Assembly (NCBI GenBank): GCA_051362555.1
Contig: CM120647.1
Location: 372,001-436,000, forward strand
Reading direction: 5' to 3'
Length of the DNA: 64,000 nucleotides
Source: Lingula anatina
Taxonomy: Eukaryota; Animalia; Brachiopoda
In this document: piece after piece, positions 51,588 to 64,000 of the stretch
Numbering within the stretch: position 1 is the stretch's first letter
How the letters are laid out: every line of letters begins with the position of its first letter
Notes under the pieces: generated by a model
Told to the model about the DNA's origin: nothing
The model's database searches: none
The model's input: the letters and a program-made list of their open reading frames with translations, nothing else
Translations under genes and position numbers: made by a program

Positions 51588-54500
51588 TTATGTCCCTTGC
51601 ACATTCTTCTTGCCCTGTCTCTTTCTCGCCTTCTGCTGCTTTTGTTTGCCTCCATCTTGAGCAGATACTGGGCTCCCATTGGCTATCTTCACCTTGTGCT
51701 GCCCTCTGGTAATGATGCCATTCTGCTGATAGAGGTCATCCATGTCTGTGCTACATTCGCTGACTGACCTCTCACGGCTGTTGTCGTCTACCGCTGGATG
51801 TGTCTGAAGATAGACGGACTTACTGCAGCAAATGCAACCACATCACCAACGGTAGCAGGTATAACACTGTTGTAACACTGTCACAGCATTTAGCTTCTTA
51901 TGTTGGACTTTACAGAGAGCTACATTAATGTTTGTTCACTTCTTTGTTTAAGAGAGAGAGAGAGAGAGGGGGGGAGAGAGAGAGAGAGAGATAAATACTT
52001 ACCGGAGTTCTTTTAGAAATGACCGCACAAATGTAGACACAAATCACACTGGAAACCATCTGAAACATAAAGCAACTCGCTGTTATAACTTTACATCATC
52101 TTCAGTTTAAACTGTGCCTGTCACAAAACCCATTGTTATAACTTCACATCATCTTCAGTTTAAACTTTGCCTGTCACAGAACTCATTGTTATAACTTCAC
52201 ATCATCTTCAGTTTAAACTTTGCCTGTCACAAAACCCATTGTTATAACTTCACATCATCTTCAGTTCAGTGTATTTCACATGATAGCCCTCTCATTCCAT
52301 TCAATTTGTGCTCATATACAGGCAGTTCCAATACTGTTTTCCAAAATGACAAGTCAATGTACCACAGATATATTAATACAGATTTTTCCAAAGCATTACT
52401 TACCAAAATGACCAGCCAATAGAAGACATACATGAGTTCAGTTTGCTTAAATAAGTCCTTCCCCCACTTCAAACATATGATGGCCTCAGTGAGAGTTATA
52501 GCACTGCAATTAAACAGACAACAATTACAATTATGAAGGACCCTTGTTCCCAATCATAACACCATTTTATTCAATTCTGGAACAGCAAAAAGAGCTATTT
52601 CAAATATCCTCATCAAACTAAGAAAAACGTTTTTTTTTTTTCAAAATAAAAGTTCATTCAACCTGTCAATTATTATAACTGTTAAATCATGAAAGCTTCA
52701 ATAGCAGGCATTTAGCTTTCTGTCAGCATAAGTTCCTGGCATTACTGTATCTTACCAGTACAACCAACACTGTGTTCCTACACGTCTACATTGAGTGTCT
52801 GTGATATAGGAATAATATCTTACCAGTACAACCAACACTGTGTTCCTACACGTCTACATTGAGTGTCTGTGATATAGGAATAATATCTTACCAGTACAAC
52901 CAACACTGTGTTCCTACACGTCTACATTGAGTGTCTGTGATATAAGAATAATATCTTACCAGTACAACCAACACTGTGTTCCTACACGTCTACATTGAGT
53001 GTCTGTGATATAGGAATAATATCTTACCAGTACAACCAACACTGTGTTCCTACACGTCTACATTGAGTGTCAGTGATATAGGAATAATATCTTACCAGTA
53101 CAACCAACACTGTGTTCCTACACGTCTACATTAAGTGTCAGTGATATAGGAATAATATCTTACCAGTACAACCAACACTGTGTTCCTACACGTCTACATT
53201 GAGTGTCAGTGATATAGGAATAATATCTTACCAGTACAACCAACACTGTGTTCCTACACGTCTACATTGAGTGTCAGTGATATAGAAATAATATCTTACC
53301 AGTACAACCAACACTGTGTTCCTACACGTCTACATTGAGTGTCAGTGATATAGAAATAATATCTTACCAGTACAACCAACACTGTGTTCCTACACGTCTA
53401 CATTGAGTGTCAGTGATATAGAAATAATATCTTACCAGTACAACCAACACTGTGTTCCTACACGTCTACATTCATTGAGTGTCTGTGATATAGGAATAAT
53501 ATCTTACCAGTACAACCAACACTGTGTTCCTACACGTCTACATTGAGTGTCAGTGATATAGTAATAATATCTTACCAGTACAACCAACACTGTGTTCCTA
53601 CACGTCTACATTGAGTGTCTGTGATATAGTAATAATATCTTACCAGTACAACCAACACTGTGTTCCTACACGTCTACATTCATTGAGTGTCAGTGATATA
53701 GGAATAATATCTTACCAGTATAACCAACACTGTGTTCCTACACGTCTACATTCATTGAGTGTCAGTGATATAGGAATAATATCTTACCAGTACAACCAAC
53801 ACTGTGTTCCTACACGTCTACATTGAGTGTCAGTGATATAGGAATAATACTGCCTGTAAGAGAAAAAGATATACTGTTACACACGGTATTATAGTCATCC
53901 GTAAATTATAAGCTAGCTACTTATATCTTAACAGCAACAATAAGAAACTCATTTACAAGAAATTGTCTTAATCACTGTATGCATGTGTGTATTGTTTTGA
54001 GTAGTTACCCAATAGTTGGGGCTGATATAACGTCGTGCATGCGTACGTGTGCATTGTTTCAAGCAGTTACCTAATGGTCGGGGCTGATATAACATGTGCA
54101 TGCATGCTTGCGTGCGTCGTTTTGAGTAGTTACCTAATGGTTGGGGCTGATATAACAGCTATGAAGATGAGGCGGCCGATGCAGAGAGGATGTCCTGTCG
54201 CCATGTGAAGGATGTGCTTTAGGAAAAATGTGTTCAGCTCTGAAAGCTGGAAAAATACAAAGTAACAATATTATATCAATATGAAATTTAAAACAAAGCA
54301 AGACGACAGATGAAATTACCAAGTTAATGAAGCTAAAAATCAGTGATGTACAGAGAAAGCAATCTGTGAGAAGACAGCTGCCTGACTCGACAGCTCTACT
54401 AGTGATGCTAAACTATTCAGAAGTTCTGGGTACATAATGCAGCTTAATTCCAGAGATCCAGAAGACAGTGTGACATCTACTGGCGGCTGAGTCACTTGGC

Positions 54501-54673
54501 CTCAGCCAAATATCTACATTATTTTATATAATTACTCATATTATATCATTGCTTAATAGAATACTTATATGTACTTATATATCTTTTGTACATTTTCATC
54601 TACTCATATAGTTGTATGCATTACAATGAATAAAGCATATTTCTAGTGGTATCCAATATGTACTGACCTGCAA

Positions 54674-54709
<36 letters not shown>

Positions 54710-57377
54710 GAGGGCACTGACCTGCCAGAAGATGACCAGTATGCTGACCCCAATGACCCTCATGTAGGAGGAGTTGGGGTCAAGCCATCGGACATGTGTC
54801 CAGCTGGCTGGGGTGAACTGGAGAGCTGCTCTTCTTAGCTTTCCTGTGGTGGAGTGGATGTCCCTGGAGGGAACGAAGAAAAACTCTATAGCTATAACAT
54901 GTATTTATGATCAATGTTAAAGCTGTTGTCTCTAATGAACAATCAAATATTCAGCAAACAACCAAAATGCTTAAAATAGCAATGGCAAAATATTTTTCCA
55001 TAGGTAACTTCTTTATCTGACAAAAGACCTGACCCTCTGGGGTCTGAAATTCTCCAAGTTCAAACAAATAAACTTTACACTTACTTAATACTCTCCCATC
55101 TGAACTCTCTCATCTCCAGCACCTTACAGAACTGCATGCCGACCCAGATGCCGAGGCCGTTACACAGCAGGACATCCAGGACCCAGGCGTCCCACCAACA
55201 CTCCTCAAAGTTAGGCAACAAGTGCATGAAGGCCATCTGGAGGGGAGTTAGGCAACAACATATTAGGCAACTGAGAATAATTTCAAATGTTCTCCACAAA
55301 AATTGAATATCTTTGTTATTTTATGTTTTTCACTCCACAAAATAGTTTACAAACTCTTTTATGAATGATAACAAAGACACGATATTAATAAATATGCAAA
55401 TGCTCTCTAAAAATTCCCAGAAAATTTGATGATTGGTAATCATAAGCCATTATATTCCACCAACAATGCCACCCACCCAACCCGTCCCCTCCCCGTCAAG
55501 TACAGCCTACCTCTGTGGCTTCCCACGTCACACTGATCGTCCAACAGATGCCATAATGGCGGATGAGCAGCGCCTTCAGACACCAGCCCCAGAAATGACC
55601 GAAGGCAAAAATATCCATGTGCCCCCAGAGACGCTCAAAGGAGACTTGTGAACAGTTGACAGCGTATTCCTGGAATAGAGAATAGTGATGTAGATGATAA
55701 CTATGTACATATAGGAGACCTGTGAACAGTTGACAGCGTATTCCTGGAATAAAGAACAGTGATGGTGAATGGATATGGGATTATCACTGTAATATAAGAA
55801 GACTGCACTTATATCTTACAATATTTTAATACATATAATACATATGCGCTTAATAAATATTTCTTTCAAAGTATTGCATTTTCAAAAGAAGCAATGTAAT
55901 AGTTACTGAGGGAGTATGACAGATGCTGAGGTAGCAATAGCAATTTTTTGGGGCTTAGCCAAATCACCACTTTTTTGTCAATTTGTTATCCAAATGGTTA
56001 TAATTTAACTAAAACAAGTCAAATCAAGCCATTTTTGTATTCCCAGAGCTTTTAGGTCGATATATCCCCATGGGGAGTCTCACTAGATTACTGTCAGATA
56101 ATCCAGCTTAAATGTCCGTCCTGCCTACTACAAGCTGTAAGGTGGTAATTAACTTTTGTGTCCGCCTGGCTGACAGCTATTTAGCGTGAACCCCCAGGGG
56201 GTTAGGTCGATCTAAAGTAGATCGATCTAATCTCTGGAAATGGGGTCTAAGTCAGTTTTAGCATTTGCCTCAACTGGCCATTGTTAGCGCTACCCCAGCA
56301 CTACCCCAGATATGTACCACAGAACAGCATCTTTCCTACCTGCTCCTCCATACGAAATCCTCGCAGTTTTGGGTAGAGAAAGAACAGCATTTCTTTGGCA
56401 TCACTGAGACTTTGAAACACCAAAAACACTAGCAGCATGAAGTAGAGGACACTTAACCCTTGAAATGAGATAACAACATGTCATTTAGGAGAGGCGATTC
56501 GGTTCGCCAGAATAAGTGTTGAAAGGACAAAAACACTTCATCTAAAATATTAAAAGTTATCTGTCATATGTTGTTAATCCAACTCTTTATCTAATAAAAG
56601 TACACATATTTTTTAAGTTCTTTAAAAAGAAAATCACAAGTTTATAAAATTAATACATATTTAACTAGGACTATGCATCATTTCGTGATGGTTCAACTCA
56701 CCAAAGACCATCCTCCATATTGCAGGATGTGGCCTAGTAAAGGGACCTGGAAGGTGATAGCACAGACATGAAAATATCTCAACTGACATCACGACTACAC
56801 CACCTGACATCACAACTACACCACCTGACATCACAACTACACCACCTGACACACTCCTGACACTGATCACAATCTGGTGTCTCAGCTAACACAATCAGCC
56901 ACGGTCTCAGCTAACACAATCAGCCAAGACCTCAGTTAACACAATCAGCCAAGGTCTCAGCTAACACAATCAGCCAAGACCTCAGTTAACACAATCAGCC
57001 AAGGTCTCAGCTAACACAATCAGCCAAGACCTCAGTTAACACAATCAGCCAAGACCTCAGTTAACACAATCAGCCAAGACCTCAGTTAACACAATCAGCC
57101 AAGGTCTCAGCTAACACAATCAGCCAAGACCTCAGTTAACACAATCAGCCAAGACCTCAGTTAACACAATCAGCCAAGACCTCAGTTAACACAATCAGCC
57201 AAGGTCTCAGCTAACACAATCAGCCAAGACCTCAGTTGACACAATCAGCCAAGACCTCAGTTAACACAATCAGTAAAGGTCTCAGCTAACACAATCAGCC
57301 ACAGTTCACATCAATCTCAGTTGTAAATGTTCACAATCAGAGGTCACAAGCTAAATGACAAATGTATTATTAACATG

Positions 57378-57410
<33 letters not shown>

Positions 57411-60400
57411 ATGAGAGACTCAAACCAGGATTGCATCCTGCTGACATCAAGCACAATCAGATAACAACCCAAACACAATTATGTTTTTTCAACAAACACA
57501 ATTACAAAGGCTTTATCAATTAACACAATCAGTAAGTTTTCTCACCTATGGCAATCACATTGTTTTCTCCTCTACCACAATTACTCACCATTTGGGAACA
57601 CTAGAGAGCTGACAATGTTTTCTCCTCTACCACAATAACTCACCATTTGGGAACACTAGAGAGCTGACAGTTTTCTCCTCTACCACAATTACTCACCATT
57701 TGGGAACACTAGAGAGCTGACAATGAGGAAGAAGAACACTACAGCTAACAGTCCATTCCATAGATTGTCTTCCCATGTACTGCTGCTGTCACTGGAAATA
57801 CAGGATGTGACCTACTATAAATACACAAGGTTTAACTTCCCTCTACCAGGGTGGCTGATTATATAGGGAAAAACTGACCAAAATGACCGTCTATTCATCT
57901 AGAGACATATTTGTGAATATCTGTGAAAAATCAATCTGTCGCTGGTAGAGAGTAAGGTTTAACAATGTACCACGATCTGCATTATAAAAATAACCAGGTT
58001 TAACAGGGTACTACAGGTTGAAGTGCAATATTGTTTCTTCCCATAAGATAAAAGAGTGTGAATACATTCAGTAGTTATAAGTGACAGGCTATTTGTAGCT
58101 TCCCAACAGCCTTTAAAATGTGTTCTTACAGCCCAGACTCTTTTCTCTCCTGGACAAAAGTCCAAACACTCTCAGCACTTTCATCACACTGAATTATAGA
58201 AGATGATGTATAATTCCATATATTCCAGACTAGTTTCTTCCACCATATATATTGTCAAACATATCTTGCATGCCTTCACCCAATTTACAGCTGTCTGTTC
58301 TAAGGGCATATGATACTGTTTCTGATTATTTTAAAATTTATCTTATAAGATATCTCCTTCTCTGCACTAATCCTGGATAATCTGCTCTACCACAGTTTAA
58401 GAAGAATCCCCTGGGAGATCAATGATTTTATGTTCATAATGCAGAGATGAAATATTAAGCCTTTTTTATCTCAGCACCAACATGGTAAGCCATAAGATTA
58501 CCAGCTTCTATCAAGTCAACACTGTCTAGAAACCCTTTGCTGAGCCGAACTCCTTTTTTTTTCAAAATAATTTTTAAAAAAATAATGAAATGAAAATAAT
58601 AAACTGTGACCTTCTTTTACCAAATTCTATTTCACTAAAAACATGAAATTCATTTAATAAACAAAAGAATAAATGAGTAAATAAAACAACTCATATCAAA
58701 ATAATAAAGAATAAAACTTATTATCAGAGCAATGCTGCTGAATCCCAATCACCTAAAAAGTCATATATTTTTACATATTTTGTTTTTATTTATCATACTT
58801 ACTAGTATTATAGACTTATCATTTTGTATTTATAAAATCTAGCATTTACTTATGTTGTCATTTACTTACATTTATATTTATTAACACTGTTATTTCTACC
58901 ATTATTGCTTAGCCTATTAAAATATTTTTATTCTTCTCACCATATGTCCTTGTGATGTGAGAATAACCATACAAAAATAGACAGAGTCCCAAGTTTGCAA
59001 CAGTTTTAAATCGTTGATTTGATTAAATGCAGTAAATTTTCTGACATCTATAATATGGGGTCAAAACACGGTATTTGAAATGTCTCTGACGGGACATTTT
59101 AGAGACAATTTTAAAAATTACAGTTGGTAAATGATCCACATGGTTACTTTTAAATACATTTTTATTTAGCTGGACCATAAAGGATTATGTGAAACAAGCA
59201 GCTAATTTGTATTGAAATAAATGTGGGAATGACAATCATTTAAAGGTCTGTCTCTGACGGGACATTTTTGACCCCTGTATTTTTTTACTAGAACTCCAAT
59301 GCAAAATTCTCTTTGAAATTTCATTTAATCAAGACTTTTGTAATTCATATTGCAAGGTACAAGTCTTGGGAAGCAATTAATGCACAAACAGGCCAGTTTT
59401 GTTTACTTTCCTTGGCAGCATGGGCTGTTAAGTGTAAAAAGTCACTGTCTCTGACGGGACGTCTCTGACGGGACACTTTTGGGCACTGTTGAAAAATCTT
59501 AGAAAAGAGGTTTAAAAAGCCACATTTTTGTATCTAATGAATCTTACTTGATGGTTATTGCAAAATAGCATTTCTGTACATTAGAAAAATCACCAGATGC
59601 AATATGTTTATATGTTAATTAATTATCATGACACAGTGATAAATCACAGCATAATTTTCACGTACAAGTAATCCACTGTCCATTACTGCTATTTCTCAAT
59701 ATCAATCAACACTGTCCATGATAGTTCACATAATAATTCCTGTTTTTCAGTTAGTCTTAGAACACATCTTTTCTGCACTTTAGAGATTTTTTTTCAACCA
59801 GTCACATTAACAGGTGATGGAAACAAGTAAAGTCCACGAGTGTCTATGCTAGGCATTGGAAGGACTTCCTTGGCATCTTTTATGGGAATCCATGCTTTGT
59901 CTTCTATGGCAGGGTACACAAAGATTATTTAGCCAGAACCTTCAGTACGTAAGAAACTGACTTCCACTTTGCCGTCTTCCGTGTCATGGGTGACCTGACA
60001 TAAGAACGGTTTTACTCCTTTCCTGGCAGCAAACTCCGCAATGACATAATCTCCCTGGTGAGACTGAGCTGTGCCTTGACCGACATTGTCATAGCGTGGA
60101 TGTGCAGGCAAATCAAAGTCCACAGTCATATGAATAAGTTTACCATATTAAGAGGGTTGCTGGTACTGAGAATTGGTTGACACAAGAACATGTCCACGGG
60201 GCTGGGGCTGAAGCCACTGGAAGTGTTGAATTCCTGGAACAGATGGACAGTTTTCCCAGCGACTGCTGATGGGTGCGGTAGCTGCTACAATATCTGCTGC
60301 AGACAGGTACATTACATTGACATTGGGGCATAATTCTTTGCCAGCCAAATAGAATTGATAAGGTGTATCTACAACCATTTTTCTCTGGAGCACTGCTCTC

Positions 60401-62607
60401 CAAACCTGATGTTTCATTTCTCCTACGATCCCATCAACTGGTCCTTGCCAAGGGCAGTGGTATAAAAAACACCACTGCGCTGCCATACCAAAATCTCTTT
60501 CATGATAGTACCATGTTTAGACAGTAAAAACCAACTTTTGAATTGACTGGGGGTTCCGGCTCCATCTGACCAGTAATGGACTTTGCTGAATGATTGCTGG
60601 TGTTGAAGGTCTTCGAGAATGGCCTTATTACAAGTGAAGACGGACTGTTTGTTATGGTGCAGATCATCAGATACCACAACATATGGTTGGAGCTGCAGAT
60701 CTCCTTCAGACTCTGTTCTAAATCATGCACATGCAGTGAACAGAATGACCTGCTCACAGTTCTAGTGCTCTGACATGATCTCTGATAGCACGACATGTCA
60801 ACACCTAATCACTGACAGTCAACCTAGCTAATAATCAGTAATGATTAATGAATTACCCAGTAATGATCAGTTGCAAAAGAAAAACAAGAAATGTAACACA
60901 CCAGAACACTTGAAAATGATTCAATTGAAGATGTAAAACCTTGTGTTTCACATCTGTCAGAAAATGTCCCGTCAGAGACAGGAAATGTCCCGTCAGAGAC
61001 AATGATAAAATGTGGCAATAAATTCACTGTTAATTGTTTTAATTTTGTAATTTTTAGCTATAATCATTACTTATCATTATTTAAAAGAGGATTTTAAGTT
61101 TCATTTATACAACTTACCAGATGTGGAAAATATGAAAACTTTTCGAAGTCAAATGTCTCTGACGGGACACACCACACCTAGTGCTAAATAATTTTTTACT
61201 CAAAATAAGTGATAGGTGGCAGTTTTCTATGTTAAACTATTACTTCTGATTAGTTTAACATATTTGGGTGATAAAAACTTGAAAAAACAACCTAATATCT
61301 GACTCAGGCCAATATGACCATGTGTCCCGTCAGAGACAATTTCTTTTTTTCCTTTATGTTTCCCAGTGGCTCACAGAAAAAGTACTGGGAGTATATCAAT
61401 GAAACTTATATTGTCTGAAAATTTGATTTGTTTTCTACAAAAATGTAAAAATTTTAAATTTCAATGAAACAAAAAAAAAAATTGATACCCATGGCACCGT
61501 TACCGTGTTTTGACCCTATGACAAGTAATGTAATATCTACAAAAAGGCTCACTGCATCCAGACCAAAAACGTGTGACATAAAAAACATGTGTTGATGCTA
61601 CTTTCACTTTATTTCCAACTCCTCAAGAATGCACAGTACAGCAATTAGGCAGTTTGCAACATTACATGAATACAAAGAGTATCATCATTGAATATGTAAC
61701 GGTCACTTCCCAAACACAATATATGACTAGATAACAACCTCCACACTCTCAGTCCTAGGTCATGTGTAAAGTTGCTTAATTGATGGTAAAATTAGAAATA
61801 ACTGGCATTTATCTGTTAGGCACAAATCTATGTTAGGAATTTAATATCAAAATCCCAGTCATTACCTGTCCTGTTCTCAGCAGTGGGCAGTGTCAACGCG
61901 GCTATAATTAACTCTATTGTCACATATTGATTGTCTGCATGAGGCATCATGTTATTAATAAATAATACAAATCAACTGTCTAGGGCTTTATGTGGCCCTG
62001 GCCTCTGTTATAATATAACGCAGAGACATCAAGGTATTCCAATGTCTTCAGATTAATATAATATGTCAAGATATGAGACGTAATGTGATCTGGCATTACC
62101 TCACAGCATCAAGGCCACAACTATATACGTCTACTATAATTATATTACAACACACTGACAAAGCAATGTAAAATAACTCCGCCCCTTTATATGCAAATTT
62201 CACAGATCACAGGCCTGTCGGACACAACCCAGGGCGGTTTAGTGGACGTTTTGTTTATAAAGGAGTCGTCAAATAATTAAAAGAATGTTACTCCCATATA
62301 AGCGATATTTCATGCTATAAGAAATTAATTTATCGTGATATCTGAGTTATGGACATAAAAGGTAGTCACGTTCTGGCAAAGAGCCGGGCAAAGAGCTGAC
62401 ATTAATTAAACCACGTGAAACACATGCCGCTTCATACCTTACAAACGCTGAGTACAACAACCACAGGATTGAAATTGTTAATAATGTGATCGTGTGTGGC
62501 TTGTAGAAAAACTCCAGTGATATATCGTCCACAGGGTGCTCGTTGATTGTGTAGAAATGATCGCTCGAATCCGAACAAGTCGACAATGTTCTTCGGCGGC
62601 TGGCCAT
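51588..62607 (-). CDS. PTDSS1: Phosphatidylserine synthase 1-like (base-exchange PSS family), 12 coding exons, about 477 aa
   Basis: Exons (minus strand): 62438-62607, 57697-57791, 56702-56746, 56340-56458, 55511-55669, 55085-55236, 54722-54863, 54134-54246, 53788-53853, 52404-52503, 52003-52059, 51588-51803. Sum is 1434 nt, open. Motifs [79 protein letters not shown]. Confidence 0.95.
52749..53849 (-). repeat. 68-bp tandem array (16 copies) of nearly the whole PTDSS1 exon 53788-53853 plus its GTAAGA donor
   Basis: ATCTTACCAG recurs every 68 bp (three units carry +4 nt) from 52749 to 53781. Confidence 0.95.
56880..57300. repeat. 25-bp minisatellite (CTCAGTTAACACAATCAGCCAAGAC)
   Basis: Direct reading. 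Confidence 0.9.
59058..61516 (-). mobile_element. Decayed DNA transposon, probably Sola2-like, with transposase remnant, in PTDSS1 intron 1
   Basis: TIR GGGTCAAAACACGGTA, 4-bp TSD TATG, at least 8 subterminal TGTCTCTGACGGGAC repeats in both orientations; frameshifted DDE-like fragments (SDDLHHNK...[13 protein letters not shown]; W.F....GKG/QGPVDGI.G.MK) at 60148-60677. Superfamily is inferred from GRG termini plus 4-bp TSD. Confidence 0.75.
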
Positions 62608-63550
62608 CTTCGATCTTCTATTAAGGCGAGGTCAAGGTCGATTAAGAGGCTGGAAAGGAGAATGCTTATGCAATAAGTGGCACGTTTGCATTCTCTCCCT
62701 TCCAAATGAAAAATTATCATGACAAACTATTTAAGTTAAATTCTGTGTGTTTTTATGTTATTTAAGATCAGAAAACTGCAATTAGAATGTTATTTCACGT
62801 AAAAATATATTCATTTTCTAATTCACTTTGCATCCCCTATTTTATCGATTATTCGGAATAGAGGGCTTTGTGTACAGCTGCAGAGTTTTTATGAGTGTCT
62901 TCAGCGCCATCTATCGTCATCGTGCATCAAATTTCCAGCACGCACATGGGCTGATGCATGGTGTGATCAGACATTTCTATGGAAAATTTATTACTCACCA
63001 GCAAAGAGGTAATGTTTGGATACTTTGAGTGCAAAATTTTACACTATTGAGGTTCGTGTCCTGAAAAAGGACACACATATAAATGATTGGGATGACGACT
63101 TTGCCACTTGCAGTACACGATTATTTATTCATCTAAGGAGTTGTATACAATTTTGTACAAATTTATCCAAGCTAAAACTTTAGTAAAAATTTACCACCAA
63201 ATTAATTTGCTTACTGGCCGTAAGATAACTAAAATAAAGGATTAGCACTAGCAGTAGTCCAGTTATCATAGCAACACAAATAAATCTTTATTTAAAGACG
63301 AGTTTTTTACAAATGTACTTCAGGTTTTTTTCCCTTAAACTATAGCTCCTATGTTAAAGTCTTTTTTTCCCACAAAACCCAACTAAACTACAACATATAG
63401 TTTCAGGAAGTGTATTTAAGAGATTAACCGTAGGACATCATTTCATATTTTCAAAAAAAATTGTATTTCAACGGACATTTTTGTTTCCTTTGAAAGCATA
63501 ACTGTAAATACTCGGCACATAATTCATACAATACATTCATGTATAGTCTG

Positions 63551-63891
63551 TGGAAGCAGAACCAGGTCTACCCAGCTACCAGACTCAGCACCCAATGATC
63601 CCGAATTCAACAGTATATTGGACCACACTATCCGTTTTTAAGGTGTGTGTCAGCGCATTTCACAGTATCATACCCTGGAACAAATTTTGAGATGAGATGC
63701 AATACTTTCTAACCCTGCTGAGAATCATCGCTGTCACATTGCGTACTAGGCAAGAGCTGTGTCGCGTCTGATACTTCAAAGCGCATACTGACACACACCT
63801 TGAAGACGGGTAGTGTGGTCTGATTTACTGGTGAGTTCAGGATCATTTGGTGCCGAGTCTGATAGCTGGGTAGGTCTGATATCTACTCTAT
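63551..63891. mobile_element. Foldback/MITE-like long imperfect palindrome
   Basis: CTACCCAGCTACCAGACTC...GAGTCTGATAGCTGGGTAG arms, more than 100 bp of complementarity. Confidence 0.65.
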
Positions 63892-64000
63892 ACTGTCACA
63901 TGGAAATGAAGGTTTAAAAGGTTAGCACTTAGGCTGCTGTGAAAAGACGTCCTCGCAGTACTACAGTAACAGTACTACAGTAGGTCATTTAGAAGACATT

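Noticed and set aside
62178-62200. GC box plus ATGCAAAT octamer suggesting an snRNA-type promoter
   Set aside because: No recognisable snRNA or tRNA body nearby; short motifs alone are insufficient.

Overview
AT-rich eukaryotic (invertebrate, probably lophotrochozoan/mollusc-like; inferred) genomic DNA with two convergent intron-rich genes. On +, an ADAM17/TACE-like metalloprotease (CDS 85-46913, about 743 aa). On -, a phosphatidylserine synthase 1-like gene (CDS 62607-51588, about 477 aa). Manual exon reconstruction of ADAM17 shows unusual splicing around the active site. First, three paralogous phase 0-1 exons (20127-20283, 22954-23104, 23799-23937) each encode a different version of the substrate-binding edge strand and look mutually exclusive. 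Second, the catalytic Glu of [11 protein letters not shown] is completed by a frame-neutral 6-nt microexon (30206-30211), so skipping it would give an in-frame, catalytically dead protein. Third, there is a U12-type AT-AC intron (32281-32826). Fourth, there is a possible alternative C-terminus. In both genes many splice junctions have been tandemly duplicated, giving arrays of up to about 22 decoy acceptors or 11-16 decoy donors. The introns hold a disrupted Tx1/L1-like LINE, nested Helentron-type non-autonomous elements with 120- and ~161-bp satellite cores, IS3EU-, Kolobok- and Harbinger-like MITEs and a decayed Sola2-like transposon. All calls are from reading the sequence by eye; no database search or expression data were used.
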